From: Dimorphilus gyrociliatus
Taxonomy: Eukaryota > Animalia > Annelida
Assembly (NCBI GenBank): GCA_904063045.1
Contig: CAJFCJ010000003.1
Location: forward strand, 930,001 to 994,000
Reading direction: 5' to 3'
Length of the DNA: 64,000 nt
Part shown: positions 36,219-51,200 of the stretch, in pieces
Position numbering within the stretch: position 1 is the first letter of the stretch
How the letters are laid out: each line of letters begins with the position of its first letter
The notes under the pieces: model-generated
Told to the model about the DNA's origin: nothing
What the model saw: the letters and a program-made list of their open reading frames with translations, nothing else
Database searches by the model: none
Made by a program: the position numbers and the translations under genes

Positions 36219-39200
36219 CTATAAATTACGAATTATGTTTAATAAAAAGCAAATAAAGGTAAGACAAAGCGTAGCCTTTGAATGTAATAAACCATTCGAT
36301 CCATTTCCACCTAGTGAATAGAATTCATCACTTGAAGGTCTCTTAGATTCATTCTCACTATCTTTATGGTGAGGCTTGTGCTTGTCAAGATGATTATAGT
36401 TGGCATCTGTATAGGAATGGAAAAAAATGTTAAGTGCTATGTCGTTAAACTTTTCATTATTAAATATTTAATCTTCTCTCTTTAATGTTAATAATTTATT
36501 AAGGATATTTATTATCTGTTTTATCCTAATCGTATTTTGGTGCCATCTACTGTCTCTTTTAATATAAGTTCTTTTGATTTTTGGTTTTTATACACCTTTT
36601 TATACCTGTAGACAAACTAGTTTCGGATGTTAAAAATCCTTTTCTGTCAGTATCTGTTTTTCATTGATTAAGTATTTAAATTTTAATATAAAATTATACA
36701 TATTAAAAAAGAATGAATTGAAGCTAAACAAGTATAATCATTTAGTATGTTCAAACAGCATGAGCGAATTTATGGCTTGCAGTTATTCTTTATCTTTTTA
36801 ATACTACTTTGACTTTTTAAATTGATGAATTAAAACTAAATGCTTGGTTTCGTAAAAGGAATTGTCCATTATTTCATTATTTTTTATCTAAATTTATCAT
36901 TTTCTATTATTAATTAACTATTTTTTGTGATTAATTAAAAACTTGATTATTTTTAGTTTGTCAATTCTACTTCCATTAAATATTCACAATATATAGATAT
37001 CAGGAAGACGTTAATCTAAAATCGATAGTTCAAGATGGATTAAGGATATTGAAATAATAATTAAATACTCATTACTTTCTAGAAACACCACATATACTAT
37101 ATACAGTATATCTTTCAATATAAAGTATATAGTCAACAGTAGTAATAGACAATTGTATACTTTGCTTTATTTTCTACACAATTAAAAATTTAAGATTCCT
37201 ACTGTGCTGCCATCTAATAAGTCTTACCCATTGTTTATCTTAAGTTTCAAAGGAATACCGTATAAAATTTCTTACAAAGAATTCCTTTTTGTTATAAGAG
37301 CAAACATTTCGAAACTTCTTAATTAAGCAAGAATATGAGTTATACTATATATTTATACTTTATACAAGAGTAACATTTTAGTGGTGTTATGTTTTTCGTG
37401 TTACCTTCATAATAATCACTATTAATATTTGAATATCCACTTCCTGCTGTATCTGTTATCGTTTTAACATTATAATATAAAAATTATATCCTATTATGCT
37501 AAAGCGTAATATTATTTGTTAATAAAAATGCTTAAAATTGAACTGTTCAAGCGTATTTGAATATTCAGATAGTTAAAATACTATAATATATATTATATAT
37601 GCTAATTTGAATATATACAACATAAATGTGTATATATTTATATTTCGTATTACTTATATCTTTCGGTTTTAAGCAGCCTTTTTGTTCTATTTTTTTCATG
37701 TATAAAACATATTTACTGTATATACATACAGTATATGCATATCTATGTTTTATAGAGAGAAGAGAGATAGAGATAGAACAATACAAAAATAATTATAAAA
37801 TTATCAATAGCAAAAGAGAAGCTTTGACAATATTTATGCAAGTTTATATATACAGTATCATTTTTAAGAAGATACTATATAACTTTAAGGGAATTAATAC
37901 TGTATATATTTAAAAGACTTGACCAAAAATAAAGGCAAAAGCCATGCGTACCATGCTCTTTATAATAGTCGTTGCCATTCCTATTTTCGCGAAAAAATAA
38001 GTCATGCTGACTGTTATGATCGCCAGAATAGAATTGCTCATCTTCGTCGTCGCTATAATAGCCTCCAGAAAAGTCATAACCGCTTGAATCGAAATTGTTA
38101 CTCCTATAATCGTCTCTTTGATAAGATGTGGGAAGATTACCCAGATGTTGCATGGCCGACTGAAAAAGCAATAAAAAAATATATAGATATTTCTTCTATA
38201 TATATACAGTATATATATATTAGTTATTGTATTAAAGAGGATTTCCTTACTCTGATGATCTTATTGGTGATTCTTAATTTCTTATCAATCGTGAATTGTT
38301 CAAGATGATCTTCTCCATTTTGCAATTTCAAACCAATTCCATTTTTCCTTTTAAAGAGAATATATTAAATGAATATTGTTTAATGAATATAGTTTTATCA
38401 AGTATCATTGGAAGCCTATTCTTGCTTTTTTTTTTTACTGATTGCTAACGCCACCTATAAGAAATTTAAGTAGTTCTCTGTTTAAAACTAAAATAAAATA
38501 AGGGTACAGAGGCCAGGGTTAAGAGGATAAATAGAGTAGAAAGAATGGTGAATGACTGAAAATGACATATTGATAACAAAAACGAATTTTTATTCCATAT
38601 TTAGATATTAAAAGTTTAAAAGTTCAACTTAAAAAATAGAAATGACTAAGGAGCTGTAACGCTTCTGTAGTGGAAATTTCCAAGAAGATATTTCTATATA
38701 TAATTTTTAATAGTTTTATATTATAAGCAATTGTATAACGCTTTATATCTCAATAATACGACTAAAAAAAACAAGTACGATCCTACCAATTTTACATTTC
38801 ACAGAACTTTTTCCTTATTCTTTATTCGCATTTGTATCACTCGAAGTGTTTTCAATGTAACATTCGCTCTATTGAGCAGAAGAAAGAGTTAAGAAAAAGA
38901 AAATAGTGAAAAAAAAGACCTTTCAAAGTTAACAAGTTTTAATAGTGTTCAAACGAAAATGAGCTATAAATCGATAGCTTTCAAAGGAAAAGTTAATGAA
39001 AGAGAGAAAAATACATAGGTTAAAGTTTCGGATTAGGGAAAGGAAAAGCAAAAAAAGCCTGTTATTAATCAGAAAATTGTATTAAAAAAATGAGTAAAGA
39101 TTAGAAGCGAATTGGGCGAAACGTGATAAATCGATAGTCGTTTGTTTTTGATTGTCATTCAAAGCGACAACATCGTGACAACAAAGAGAGACGAGGAAAT

Positions 39201-42200
39201 CCAACGAACGTGCGTAGGATTAATACGCCAGTTTCGATATTTAGTTAAGGGATTTTCCACTGGATTAACTCGGCTCCGTTTGCATCGTTTAGCGTTGGAA
39301 CGTTCGACAAACAGAAAAGCGCCTCTGGTATTAATCTCAAACTCAAAATGATAAAGATAAACAAATTCTGTTGTACTATAAAATACACGGAAAATCTACA
39401 TAATGTGAGAAAATTTTGTAAAGGCTGGTAATTCTCTTCCGTGTACTTTGTTAGGAAGAAACGACAAAAAACACGGGATAACGAAATCTCTCACAATGGC
39501 ACTCGAATGTGCAATACGTAATACTCGAGCGAAAATTAGAAGGCTAGACGCGCCGCGGCGTCATTATGACAAACTGCCAAGAACAGGAATGAACGCTAAA
39601 CTCTCTCGAAACTTTGCGATTCTCTTTCTTTTCGTATGCTGTATGTACTGATGTCATTATCGGTATAGCTCATTGCTTTGAGATTACCTTTATCATCTCT
39701 CTAACAATACTATAAATAAAACAAATAAGCTAGGTAAAAGCGTCACATGACAAATCCTAATTAGGCCTAAAATCCGTCTCTAAATTTCTTATTTAATAAA
39801 TATATGCTTCATTTACAATAATTAAATATGTCACTTTCCTCTCCCTATTTTTCTGCAGGGCTTGAAGTTCGATCTTTAGAAACTTAATAAGAAACGGAAG
39901 GAAGACACGCGAACACGTACATTAACATATACGCATAAATACACACGGCGCGTTTACTCTCTCACACATTATATACAACTATCTCGCATTTCAATAGTAC
40001 ACTGCAAACAATAGGCCTTAAACAAACCATTAACTTTGTCTGCTTTAATCCTTACGACTCTTTGTTAATTGTAGCAGACGGTATGGTTTTCCCTATAGAA
40101 AGCAAAAGATGAAGTTGCTGTCTTTCTAATTAGTCACCTGAGATTTTTCTTTCTCGATTTCTTTTCTCATTATTTCTCTTCTTCAGTATCTATGCTCCTG
40201 TTTGCTTACTCATTCTTTTCCTTTACCCCTGTCTCACCCTTTTAGTCTTTCTATCTCTCTGTCTCTCTCTGTATCCCTAGCTCGCTCCCCGTCTCCTTCA
40301 AACGCAAAAACAGAGAGACTAAATTACCTTCTCTTTATCCATTAACAGACAATTTATTGCAGTAATTATATAACTAAGCACAATGGTGGAAAAGATAAAA
40401 GAATACTCCACAAACGTTTTTAATCAATTAAATGTAAACTACATAAAAGAAATATGAATTGTATGGCGATATACATAAATGGTTGGTATTCTTTAATAAA
40501 TAATAATAATATTCTCCATTAACGTTCCTTTTATATTGAATGAGTAAGAGAATTGGTACAATTTTCTGAGGCCCCAAAAGTGAGCTATTCATGATAAAGT
40601 GTGTGTTTACAGTAAATTTCATTGACGCCCACTCTAAGGCTTCATATATCAAGCGTCTAAAATTAGCAGAGAAAATGTGCCTTTCTCTATTTTTATACCA
40701 TTATCAGTGCCGTTTCGTTCATAAAAATAATATTTGCAAACAATTTCCGTCAAGTGTTTGCACTTTGACTCTTTTCCTTATCTTTTGACAGAATACTAAA
40801 AAAGCAAGAAATCTCCGCTGGAAAATTCCTTCCATTTCCTCTTTAGTCGTTTTTAACGAGATAACGGCACAAATCATTTGAAACACCTTTAAAATATCGG
40901 TCATTCGTGACGATTCGCGCATCTTCTATCTTCCTAAACTTTGAGATAAGGAAGCCCAAGAGGCCTATTATTCCAACTCGTCAAACTGCCAAAAGCAGGC
41001 ACGCAAAATAATTAGCCTCTTTATAATTAGTCATTCTTTCTGTACAAGTTTTGCCATGACAACGCGTCACCTGCGTGACATTTAGTTTTATCCGGCAAAA
41101 ATTTTAGCTTATAGTATGAAATTATGCCTTAAGCATCAATCATTTACTAGAAAAGTAAATAAGGAAAAATGATAGATCGTATACATAACAATTTTAAAAA
41201 GAAATGAGAATGGAACAGTAATAAGAAGAAAGGGGATAGCTAATTGGGCTCTAGATATTCATCCGGTTAAAAAGGTCAAGAAGAACTTCTTGGAGGAAAT
41301 TAGCAGGGAATTTTATCATAAATATATAGTGATAATCTTTGCTAATAAACATAATAAGAACTAGCACCCAAAGGTCGTGCTACTAGGTTACTCGAAGAAG
41401 TGTCTATTACCCCTACGACACGCATGCGTACAAATCCCCCAAAAAGATAATCTTTACCTTATACAGTATATATTGTACGGTTACTACACAAAGTATATGT
41501 CATTAGGGCTGTATAGCACTATTTTTAGCATTTACTATCTATTTATAAGTAAATTTAGTTACCAATGTAACAAACTCGAACTACAATAGTTCATTTTACT
41601 ATAATTTAGTCAAATTTAGCGGAAAATCTACTAAATAATTCAGGAGTGAGTCTCATTTTGGTATAAATGCTAAAAAAAGAAAGAAAAACTAACTTAGAGT
41701 GGCCAACTACGGAGTGAAATTATTTGTCTAAGCAGCGTGTTCTTGAATAAACAATAGATAAAAATCAGGCGGGAAAAGAACTTTATGTATATATAAAGTC
41801 ATAAGAAATCTAAGACTCTAAAAGGAAAAAGCAAAATCTTACATTCTTATTGAAAAATACCCTATTCCACAAGGATTACTCCCTTCCTTCATATATGTAA
41901 AAAAATTCTACAATTGATGAATAGTTTCAAAGAGAATTCCGGCTATTACGTAATAAGTAATTTACCCCAATTTCGGGCTTGGAATTGTCTTTTCTGTACC
42001 GAGTTTCTGTTGCGTAATCGCATGGGATAGAAATGATAGAAAGCAACAAAAGCCGTTTTTAATGACACTTCTGTATCTTTCTTACTGTCTATCTAACTTT
42101 TTCTTAGCCGTTCACTATTCATTATCCCTTATTATGAATTTCTTTTCAAACATCATTTTGCTATTCTATTTCTTATTCCTTATAATGTAAATCTTTTCTC

Positions 42201-45200
42201 TCATTTCTCTTCTATTACAAGATCGTAAACTGTATATTAATATATATATAGATATATAGCATAATTTTAAATTGCCATAAAACATATCTATATTTATATA
42301 CCTGAAAAACGTTGAAATTTGAGCAGGTGTACGTGAATTATTTACTATGTAAATCAATTTTCAAAGAGGAAACAAGAGGAAGGTGGATGAAGTGAACTTA
42401 CATTGAAGAAAAAAAAAAGAGAGAGGGGGTGTGGTAGACGTTAGAAGACGGCTTAAAATTAAAAGAACCTTCTCTGCGGGATAACAAAAAATTGAAGAAT
42501 AGAAAAAGTTAAAAATATATACAAATAAGTACTTTATAGACATTTTTTCTCTCATTTTTGTTTAGTTTAATCATAAGTAAATCTGTATATTCATCATTAC
42601 GTCTTTAACTAACGAGGAGGAAAATTTCGGCGGTGGGTATAAACTTTAGTTTTCTTATTAAAGAATAAAAAGAAATATTTGGAGGCCTAATACCCAGGTA
42701 AACAATAGACAGATGTAAAAATTCCTCTACTATCGACCTTCTTATAGTAGTTTATTTGCTAATTTCCCGCTTGTTCTTAGGTTTTTATTAGTTTTAGCGT
42801 TGGATTCTCTTCAAATAATTACCCGTAAAGACTTATGTAAATATTAAAAAAATATGTCTTTTTCCCTCTCTCTCTCTCTCTCTTTCTCTCCCTTTAATTT
42901 AACCGTACATTTACGCCACCTGTCGGTTAGGTCGTTCAGATTAAAATCTGCACCGATTTAGAATCGTTTATCACTATCGTTATTCCATCTCTGTTTTCAG
43001 GGTCATTATATTTTGTTCAGAAGGACTGAAATATTACCAAATGCTTAGAAGGGACAAAAGATCTATTTCACCAGTCAACAACCTAATTGATAATAAATTA
43101 GACCCGTATATTTCATAAAAAAGAGATTTCCTTTTTGTGTTGCACACCGATGTTATAGATAGCTAGAAGACGACACGTGACAAGATAAATATCTAAAACT
43201 ATCGCCTTACTGCCTCCCTTTTCTCCCTTTTTTCTTTTTAAAGTTAAGAATTTAACTAAATGTTTACAGTTTCCTCATTAACATACTGTATATAAAAGTA
43301 TGCTCTATTCATTGACGAAAAATGGAACTTTTGTAGTGTAAAACCCAGGGAATATTTTAGATGAAAACGGATATAAATATCTTTTATACTAATACTAGCT
43401 AGAAAATATTTTTAGAGGAAACATATAGTGACATAAGCAAAATAGCGAAATCGCTTTTATGCCATGTTCCCCCAGATACTCATTGCCTAAAGCAGTATTT
43501 TTCTCTCCTCTATCGCCATTTTCTTTTTCACCATTGCTTTCTTTCTCTTTCTATCTTACTCTTCCACCTTTCTTTTAACCCTTACTTCCAGTTCATATAC
43601 CTTCAAATCAATCTTACAATTTTATAATCAACCACCTAAAGAGAAATATCAAAAAGATTTTAAATCCCCAGGCACTTTTTCAGAACACGCGAAGTACTAA
43701 GAAAGCAAAATGTGCGAAGTAGGTGTAAGTAAAGGGGAGGGGAGGGGTGAAGGGGTGGGAAGAGTATGTGATAGATCATTAAGGATTTCGTAAGTTTTTA
43801 TGTTATCTATATATCATCTTCTCCACCTCCTATATCTTCTTTTACTTTTTTTAAAGATAAACAGAAGAGGGGCGTTGTGTTTGTTTAAGATTGCGCAATA
43901 TCCCCGTTATCTATTCAAAACAGGTGTTGACTGTTCGAACGTTGATAAAGTTAGAGGATGAAGACAAATAACCATGTTTCTTTCCGTCTTTTATATTGTA
44001 TCCGATAAACATCTATTTCCTAACTTTCTTATTATTTCCTTTATTCTTTAGAATCTTTACAGTTCTATAATTAAAACCGTATAGCGAAGAGTATCGTCTT
44101 CTCACCCACTCCAAATCGGAAACAGATTTTGCTATTTTGACAAAATATTCCCTACGAAACCACTTAGGGGCCACCAGACCATTGCATTCCTCATAGGTCG
44201 ACCGGCCTATTATTTTTCATACAGATGGTTACAAAGTGTGAAAGTAAAGATCAACTATTTCTCTTTTCTTCTCTTCATTAATTTTCAACTAAAATTTTCC
44301 AAGAATCATAATTGAATTAACTTTTATTTCTATTTCCTTTTCTTTTTAATTTAATAAATTAAAATGGTAAATATAGAAAATATATGTATACATATGCGGA
44401 CAGGATTTATTAATAGTCTTACATAATATTGATATTAGACCTACTGAGAGTATTTAATCGAGTTAGAGCCACTATTTAAAATAGATTTCAAGTGAATAGC
44501 TTTAATGGAAAATAATATTCGGTGTCTAAACAAACAGGTAATTAATATAATATTATATGAGCTAAAATAACGCTTATATTCTCCTATTTCTCACGATTTG
44601 ACCCCTATTTCTACTTTTCTCTTTCTGTTCCATAGAGAAAAGTAAATTTACTACCTAAATACAACTTACACAAAAGTGTCACGGTCCGTTCGAAAACGAC
44701 AAAAAGGTCAAGACTTTCGACTGCGTTCAATCTCTGTGGTAGATCGATTTTTCCTCTTTCCCCCTCTCTCTCTTCTCTTTCCCCTTTTCCACCACCTTTC
44801 CCCTATTCTTTTCCAAACAATAATAAAAAATAACTGTTCTCTTTATTCTCGCCTTTGACTTTTCACACCTAGTTTTACTCAAATACCACAGTTTCTTTTT
44901 TCTTACCTACGCCTACACCTTTCTATACTTCCATTCTACAACTCCTAACGATTAGTTCCTATTCAAGTGACGCATAGCGAAAAACTTGTGGGCGTCCAAC
45001 GAATTGTACGACGTTACCAAGACAACTGAAATGCAGACGCCACCGTCGACTTCCTTTAGTCGAAATTTGACACATTGCAGTTGGGCGTGTCTTTGCAGTC
45101 GCTTTTAGTGACTCATTGGAGGATTGAAAATGAGGGCGAGTGTTTGCATTTCTATATTTCGAGTGTAGTCAGTCAATTTAGTAGTATAAAAACCGTAAAT

Positions 45201-48200
45201 CGGCCTTTCTTCTCCTCCCTCCCGCAAAGTTAACAACCGAATTTATTTTTTCGGTGTTTTTAATTAGAGATAGCCAACTGGGACTCCATTAGGCGTATAA
45301 CCGCTTACTAAGAGTCATATTGAAATAGCTAACGCTAACATTTTCCTAATTGTTTTTTTTTCATATAAATAACTTAGTCGGCAAAAAATAAATAATACAA
45401 TAAATTGAAATAAAAGATGAATAAGTGTGAAAAACTCTTTCCTTATCTTATCGCCTGAAAAAAATTCCTATATCAAAGTGATTTAAAGATTATTCGTCAA
45501 ATAGAGAGAAGATAACACTTTTTCTATATTCTTTTTTTTTTTTCAGGTGCAAAAAACAAATAGCATGATTTTGATAATAAAAAATAAAACTCGAGTGAGA
45601 AGCTACATTATTATAAAATAAAAGGAAACTCTTGACCTCTAATACTATTACTAACGAAAAAAGATATAGGATGTAAAGAAATGTAGAATAGGAAAGTCAC
45701 GCTATAAAATACAAGACAAAGCTGGGGCTTGAAATAAAGGGATAGGGATTGGTAGAGAAGAGCTGGCCGACTCAATATAGTGAGAGACGAAGAGAAAAAC
45801 TAAAAGGTTAAGATAAGGCGACGGAAAGAGGTGAAGTATGAAGAAGGCGGGGCAGACGTATAGAAATATTAATGTAAAAGCAAGAAAGGAGAAACAAGGT
45901 AAGGTTATAAAAAGAAAGAGGAAAAGGTTGAGGATTTCATTAAAATACTTTTCTATACAGTATAATCTATTAGTAAACTATTAATATGTTAGTATATTAT
46001 ATATATACTGTATACAGCTTATTCTTCTATATCTCTTATTGTTTGAATAAAAAATGAAAAGTTTCATTTTTGTTAAATGAATAATAAAAGAAAGTATGTG
46101 CTATTTGTATATCGGCTTTATTCCCTACCGTACCGGAAATTTCTGGACAACTCTAACAGAAATAGTAGAAAATATACAACTATCATTCACAAACAATTGT
46201 TTAGTCATAAAAAGATAGTAAAAGGAGAATGAAAGGATAAAGGGATAGTAGTAGGATTTCGTACAAGTTTTGTTCTTATATTATTATACAATATTTACAA
46301 ATACTGTGCTGTTATTTGATAGATAGCGCCTTCTGAAGTTAAATTTTGAATAATACTTTGGTAGATATTAAGTAAATTTTTACTTTTCTTTTTAATGGAG
46401 TACGAGGACTCAAGTTGGGAGTATAAAACAAAATTTCGTCTATTGCCTAGTCGGCGACCTATAACCTCTCTTTTAAACTCAAAAGATGAAAGAGACGCTA
46501 AAGAATCCCATTTCCCGTACTCAGGTGTAACTATTGGCTTTCAGTACCATTATTCCCTCGTTCACCAAAATTGCACTCATTTATACCAAACGCATACTCA
46601 TTAAGATAATTGCGTAGCGGTAAGTTCAAAGCAAGAATTGGTCCGAGAAAAATCGATACATAATTAAATGATAAGAATTAAAATAGATATAAACCAACAA
46701 GCATGAAGTAAATAATTAACTTACTTTGATACTTTTCTTCCATCCCAGCAATGACCAGTAGAAACAGCATCGTAGCTCCTACAAATAGCTTCAGGAAGGT
46801 TGCTAGTTTTGTCTGAATCTGCTTTAATTCTGCGTAAAGCATCTTTGAAGAATATTTTTAATTGAGGTGCAGATCTAACAACAACATCAGTTTGGTTTAA
46901 ATCTGATTTAATCTTCGATTTTTCTTTTGCCTTTGACGCTCCACATTCTCTTTTGATCTGGTAAGCGAAAAAAATTAATGGCCCGTTAATTAATTAGTCG
47001 CTCAGTTAGCTACCCGGAATTTCTACATGGATTACGAAACGTTCTATGGCATTGATTTACCCCTAAAGCCTTTCATTGACTAGACAATATCTTTTTACCA
47101 TGTCTTCCCCTCCCCCCTGTCGCCCTTGCCCTCACCCTCATCTTACACTACGTCTAGCCCACTTTTAGAATAATAACCTAATTACTTATAAAAGAAGACA
47201 CCTTGTTAAATATGGTAAAATGGATATATACAAAGAAGAAATCCATATATTGTACTCGATAAGCTATTTCCGAAGGATAATTTAGGGTTCATAGGACGGG
47301 TAGGATATAATTAAACAGTTATATAATTAAGTCAGTTGGACGCCTCAATGAACAGGAAATGATCAGCTAGGTTCAAATTATACAATACTAAAAGAATTCA
47401 ATCTATTTTTTTTGTTCAAGATAACAGCTATTTATACTAAAACGGTTAGAAAGAATTTTGCATTAGCTTATCAAAGGGAATGGAAAATTGAATGTGTAAT
47501 TTACTTTAAACTTGATAAAAAGGAGAGGTTAATTAATTAAGTCTACATTGACTCTGACAAATTCTAATAGGCGTACAAAATTTTTAATCAAGATTAAGTA
47601 CCCTACTGGAAAAGTTAGTTGCTTTACAATTTGTAAATATTTAGGCAATCGAATACTGGTATCTCTAAAACCCAAGTCATAACAATTTTCGGCTATAAAT
47701 AATAGAAAAAGGAAAAGTAAAACAAGCTCTGTAAATAGGAAAGAATGAAATAGAGAAAATAATTTAGAGTATAACTATTTCACTAATAAAAATTCCTAGC
47801 TTCCAAAAAGGTGGGAAAATTGCATGTTGAAATTGACGTAAATGTCTCATAGTCGGGTAAGATCAAAGGGAGGAATGGGAAGGGACAAATGCTCGATTAT
47901 TGGCCCAATAACGTTGCAATCAGGCACCAATTTGCAAGCGTTGGATGCCCTAAGGGCGTGCCAGCGAGAGTTCTACATGATTATCCGATGGGTACGAGGA
48001 TTAAAGGCGCAGCAAATTGATGATTAATTAAGTGAATTTATATAGTTCTTTCCCCCAGGCCTGGTCGATATTCTATCCTTCCCTTCTAACGCCTAATTCC
48101 TGTCCATTATCTCAAAAAGTTTAAAGAGAGGGTATAAACTTATTTTAACCCAATAACAACCCCCCGCTCTCTCTCTCCCTTTGCCATTTTTTTTCTTTTA

Positions 48201-51200
48201 CGCTCTCATAAAAGGAATTCTCCTGCTCCTAATATGTTAATTTAAGCGTATAACAATGAACTACGTTATTACGACTTTGTTACAAGTCATAGAGTTTACG
48301 TAGGCTTAATATGTTTAAAATATTTCGGCTATGTAAAGGCCTAATAAAACATTTTTATTTAACTAAAGTTTAAATTTCTCCCATTTCATACAAGCTTATT
48401 TCTTCTAGGGATTGCATAAGTATACAATTTTTTTGCAAAATTCTCCCCCTTTTTTCTCCTAAATTGAAGGCCTATACATATAGTGTATATGTATTTCTTT
48501 TTACACAAAGTTGCCTATCGTATACTTTTTTATGTTAAAAAAACGAGCAAAAACTTTAATCTATCACTCTTCTTCGCTATCATTTAACGTCCGGTATATA
48601 TCATTTTATTATTATACATATGCTCTTGTCTATAATAATCTTATATAAATATATTTATTTATTTGAATAATCCCTTTTCTACTTACGGTTGTTATCTGTT
48701 GGTTATCTAGAAACTACTCGTTTCCTTATTAAATTAAGACTAAAAAGACTATATGTATATAGTATATTTCAAGTGGAAAATTAAGAAGATATACACAAGT
48801 AAAATGAAAGTACGTGGGAAAAATGAGAGGAGGAGTTGTAGACAGAGTATTATGATACAATTTAGGGGATTATCTAAATAATAATTACATAAATAGCGAA
48901 ACGGCTTAGTTTAAGCTCGTATAATATATCATTTAACGTAAAAATCTAATAATATTTCTATATGGGTAAAGTTAAGCCTTTTGTTGACATGAAATCAACC
49001 GGCTCTTATCCGGAATTAACCTCATTAGGAAAATTGTGTCTGATTAAGAAAGAAAAAAAATTCCAAGTTCCGGATTATCTAATGTATCTTAATTAAACAA
49101 TGTTTTTTTCCCTATATAGATTTGACATTGGAACTATTATATTTTCATCAATAATTCAGAATATATGGAAAACTTAATAAGGCGATGAACTATAAAGCAA
49201 TTATTATAGAATTTTATATATAATAAGTTGAATAAATAGAACTTGGACAATAAGAGAAAGAGAGAGTGAACGAAGAGGAATAAAGGGAGGGGGAGGGAGC
49301 AGTTTGCGAGGGGGAAAATCCATATAAGATTATCCTTATTGTTGATATGGCGGCTTTAGGGTCATTAACTAAATTACGTCTCTATAAATCGAATTCCCTG
49401 CTAAAAGTGCTTTTTAAGTAAATATTTTGGGACGTATGCATTATTTTTTTCGGGTTGACAGTTATAGGCCTAATTTTTTCACTTAACACAATATGCATTT
49501 TATGAATAATACATATATGTTGTGGTAAATTAACTTTTTTCCTTTTTCCCTTTGTTTATTAACCCTAAAAGGAGCTAGCAGCATTTATGAATTACCTATC
49601 TAGGTGATGGGGAAAAATGGTACTTACTGTCACGTACAACTTGCTAGAAGAGTCCATTACATTCAGTATAGCATCGCCAACTTTCTTATCAAATTCTACT
49701 ATGCTTGCTTGAATTAATCCTGCTTTAGTCGTGAAAAGTCGTAATGCTTCCAATCCTTTTGGATATACTTTTTTATACTTTTCGCTAGGATTTAAGCAGT
49801 TACGAGCCATAGTTAAACAAGCGTTTAGACAAGGTCTCTTTTCTATATCGTGGCATCTAGCGCAGTAGCGAACTTGAGTCATACCCTTCTTACAGTATTC
49901 AAGTTTTTCAGGAGCAGAGCGTAATAGATCATAATATTCATTTAACTTAGTCATAACTTTTCGAACACTTTGTAAAGTTGCCAAACTCCTGTGCATCGTT
50001 GACGAAGCTTCTTTATCTAACCGACCATAAGGGCGAAAAGGTTTACCCTGAACTGTTCTTATATTTCTTACGCAGTTGGAAAATTTGTGTTCAAATTTTT
50101 CCAAATTCATTACATTCTGCAGAACAAGAACAAACAGGTCGGAAAACAATTCTTCCGTGTTAACAGTAAATTTTGGTTTTGAATATTCATTAATATTCGA
50201 GTAGAACTTATTAACAACAGCATCCGACGATTTAGGAATGTTGAAAACCTTGTGTAAGCTCTTCTTTAAACGGTCTTTTGATTCTTCAAAAGTTGCAAGA
50301 ATAATGTCTGTAAGAAATATAAGAAATATATATATTTGGGCAAAAGAATAATTGTTTATAATATATAAAAAGGAGCGTTTTTTAAGCGTCTAATCAACAA
50401 TATTTCATATAACAACATGTTATTATCAAATAAGGCCTATTACATAGGTTTTTCTTTTTTTTACTATGTTTTTCAATTAGTTTCCAATCCAAATACTTGT
50501 TGGTGATAAGAAGTGGAATTTAGGGTAAGATAAATTACTTTATTGATAGACGAGCACAAATTTCATTTGGGTGTGTAGTAAAGTATTTACTGTAAGCTCT
50601 GATGATGGAGAAAAGTAACGTTTCCTCTAATTATAATTACTTCTATTTTATTGAGTACTAAATCAAGTTCAAACAAACATTTTTTTTAGTTTATTGAGTT
50701 CTTATTCTACGTCTGATACTAACTAGTTTAGTAAAATAAATAAAATTCCTATACTTTCTCTCTCTCTTCCTCTCTCTTCTTTCTTTTCTTAACTCTTTCT
50801 ATTTTTTCTCTTATTTATGTTTTTGGCCTATGGAGAATATTTTTACCTTATTTTGATTATAAATAACCCTAAAGTCGACCTTTTAATACAATTTCCTTCC
50901 TATTTTATACATATAGACAAAGAAACAGTTATATTTATACTGGCACGTTACAAAAGCCCTCTCTGCAAATATAAAGCGGATTTATAGAAAAAAGACGGAT
51001 TATTAATAATAAAAGGATCACTGTTTGTTAGGCGAAATCAACTGGAAACACGATAGAAAATGCTAAGGCCTATAAATCAAAAGCATCAGTCCGTTTTTGT
51101 TGGCAGACAAACTGGTAAAGTAAACCAATCATTTTACAATCTCTTCGTGGGAAATTTTCGAGGAAAGCCTAAAGATATTTCGTAATAAAAATAAAACAGG

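Noticed and set aside
37919-38308. 129-aa plus-strand ORF and an apparent signal peptide MRTMLFIIVVAIPIFA
   Set aside because: Antisense to a glypican exon. The hydrophobic reading is what an Asp/Asn/Tyr-rich sense strand produces, and it stops after 18 codons.
48694-48715. miR-9-like TCTGTTGGTTATCTAG
   Set aside because: Partial match only, with no complementary arm to form a hairpin.
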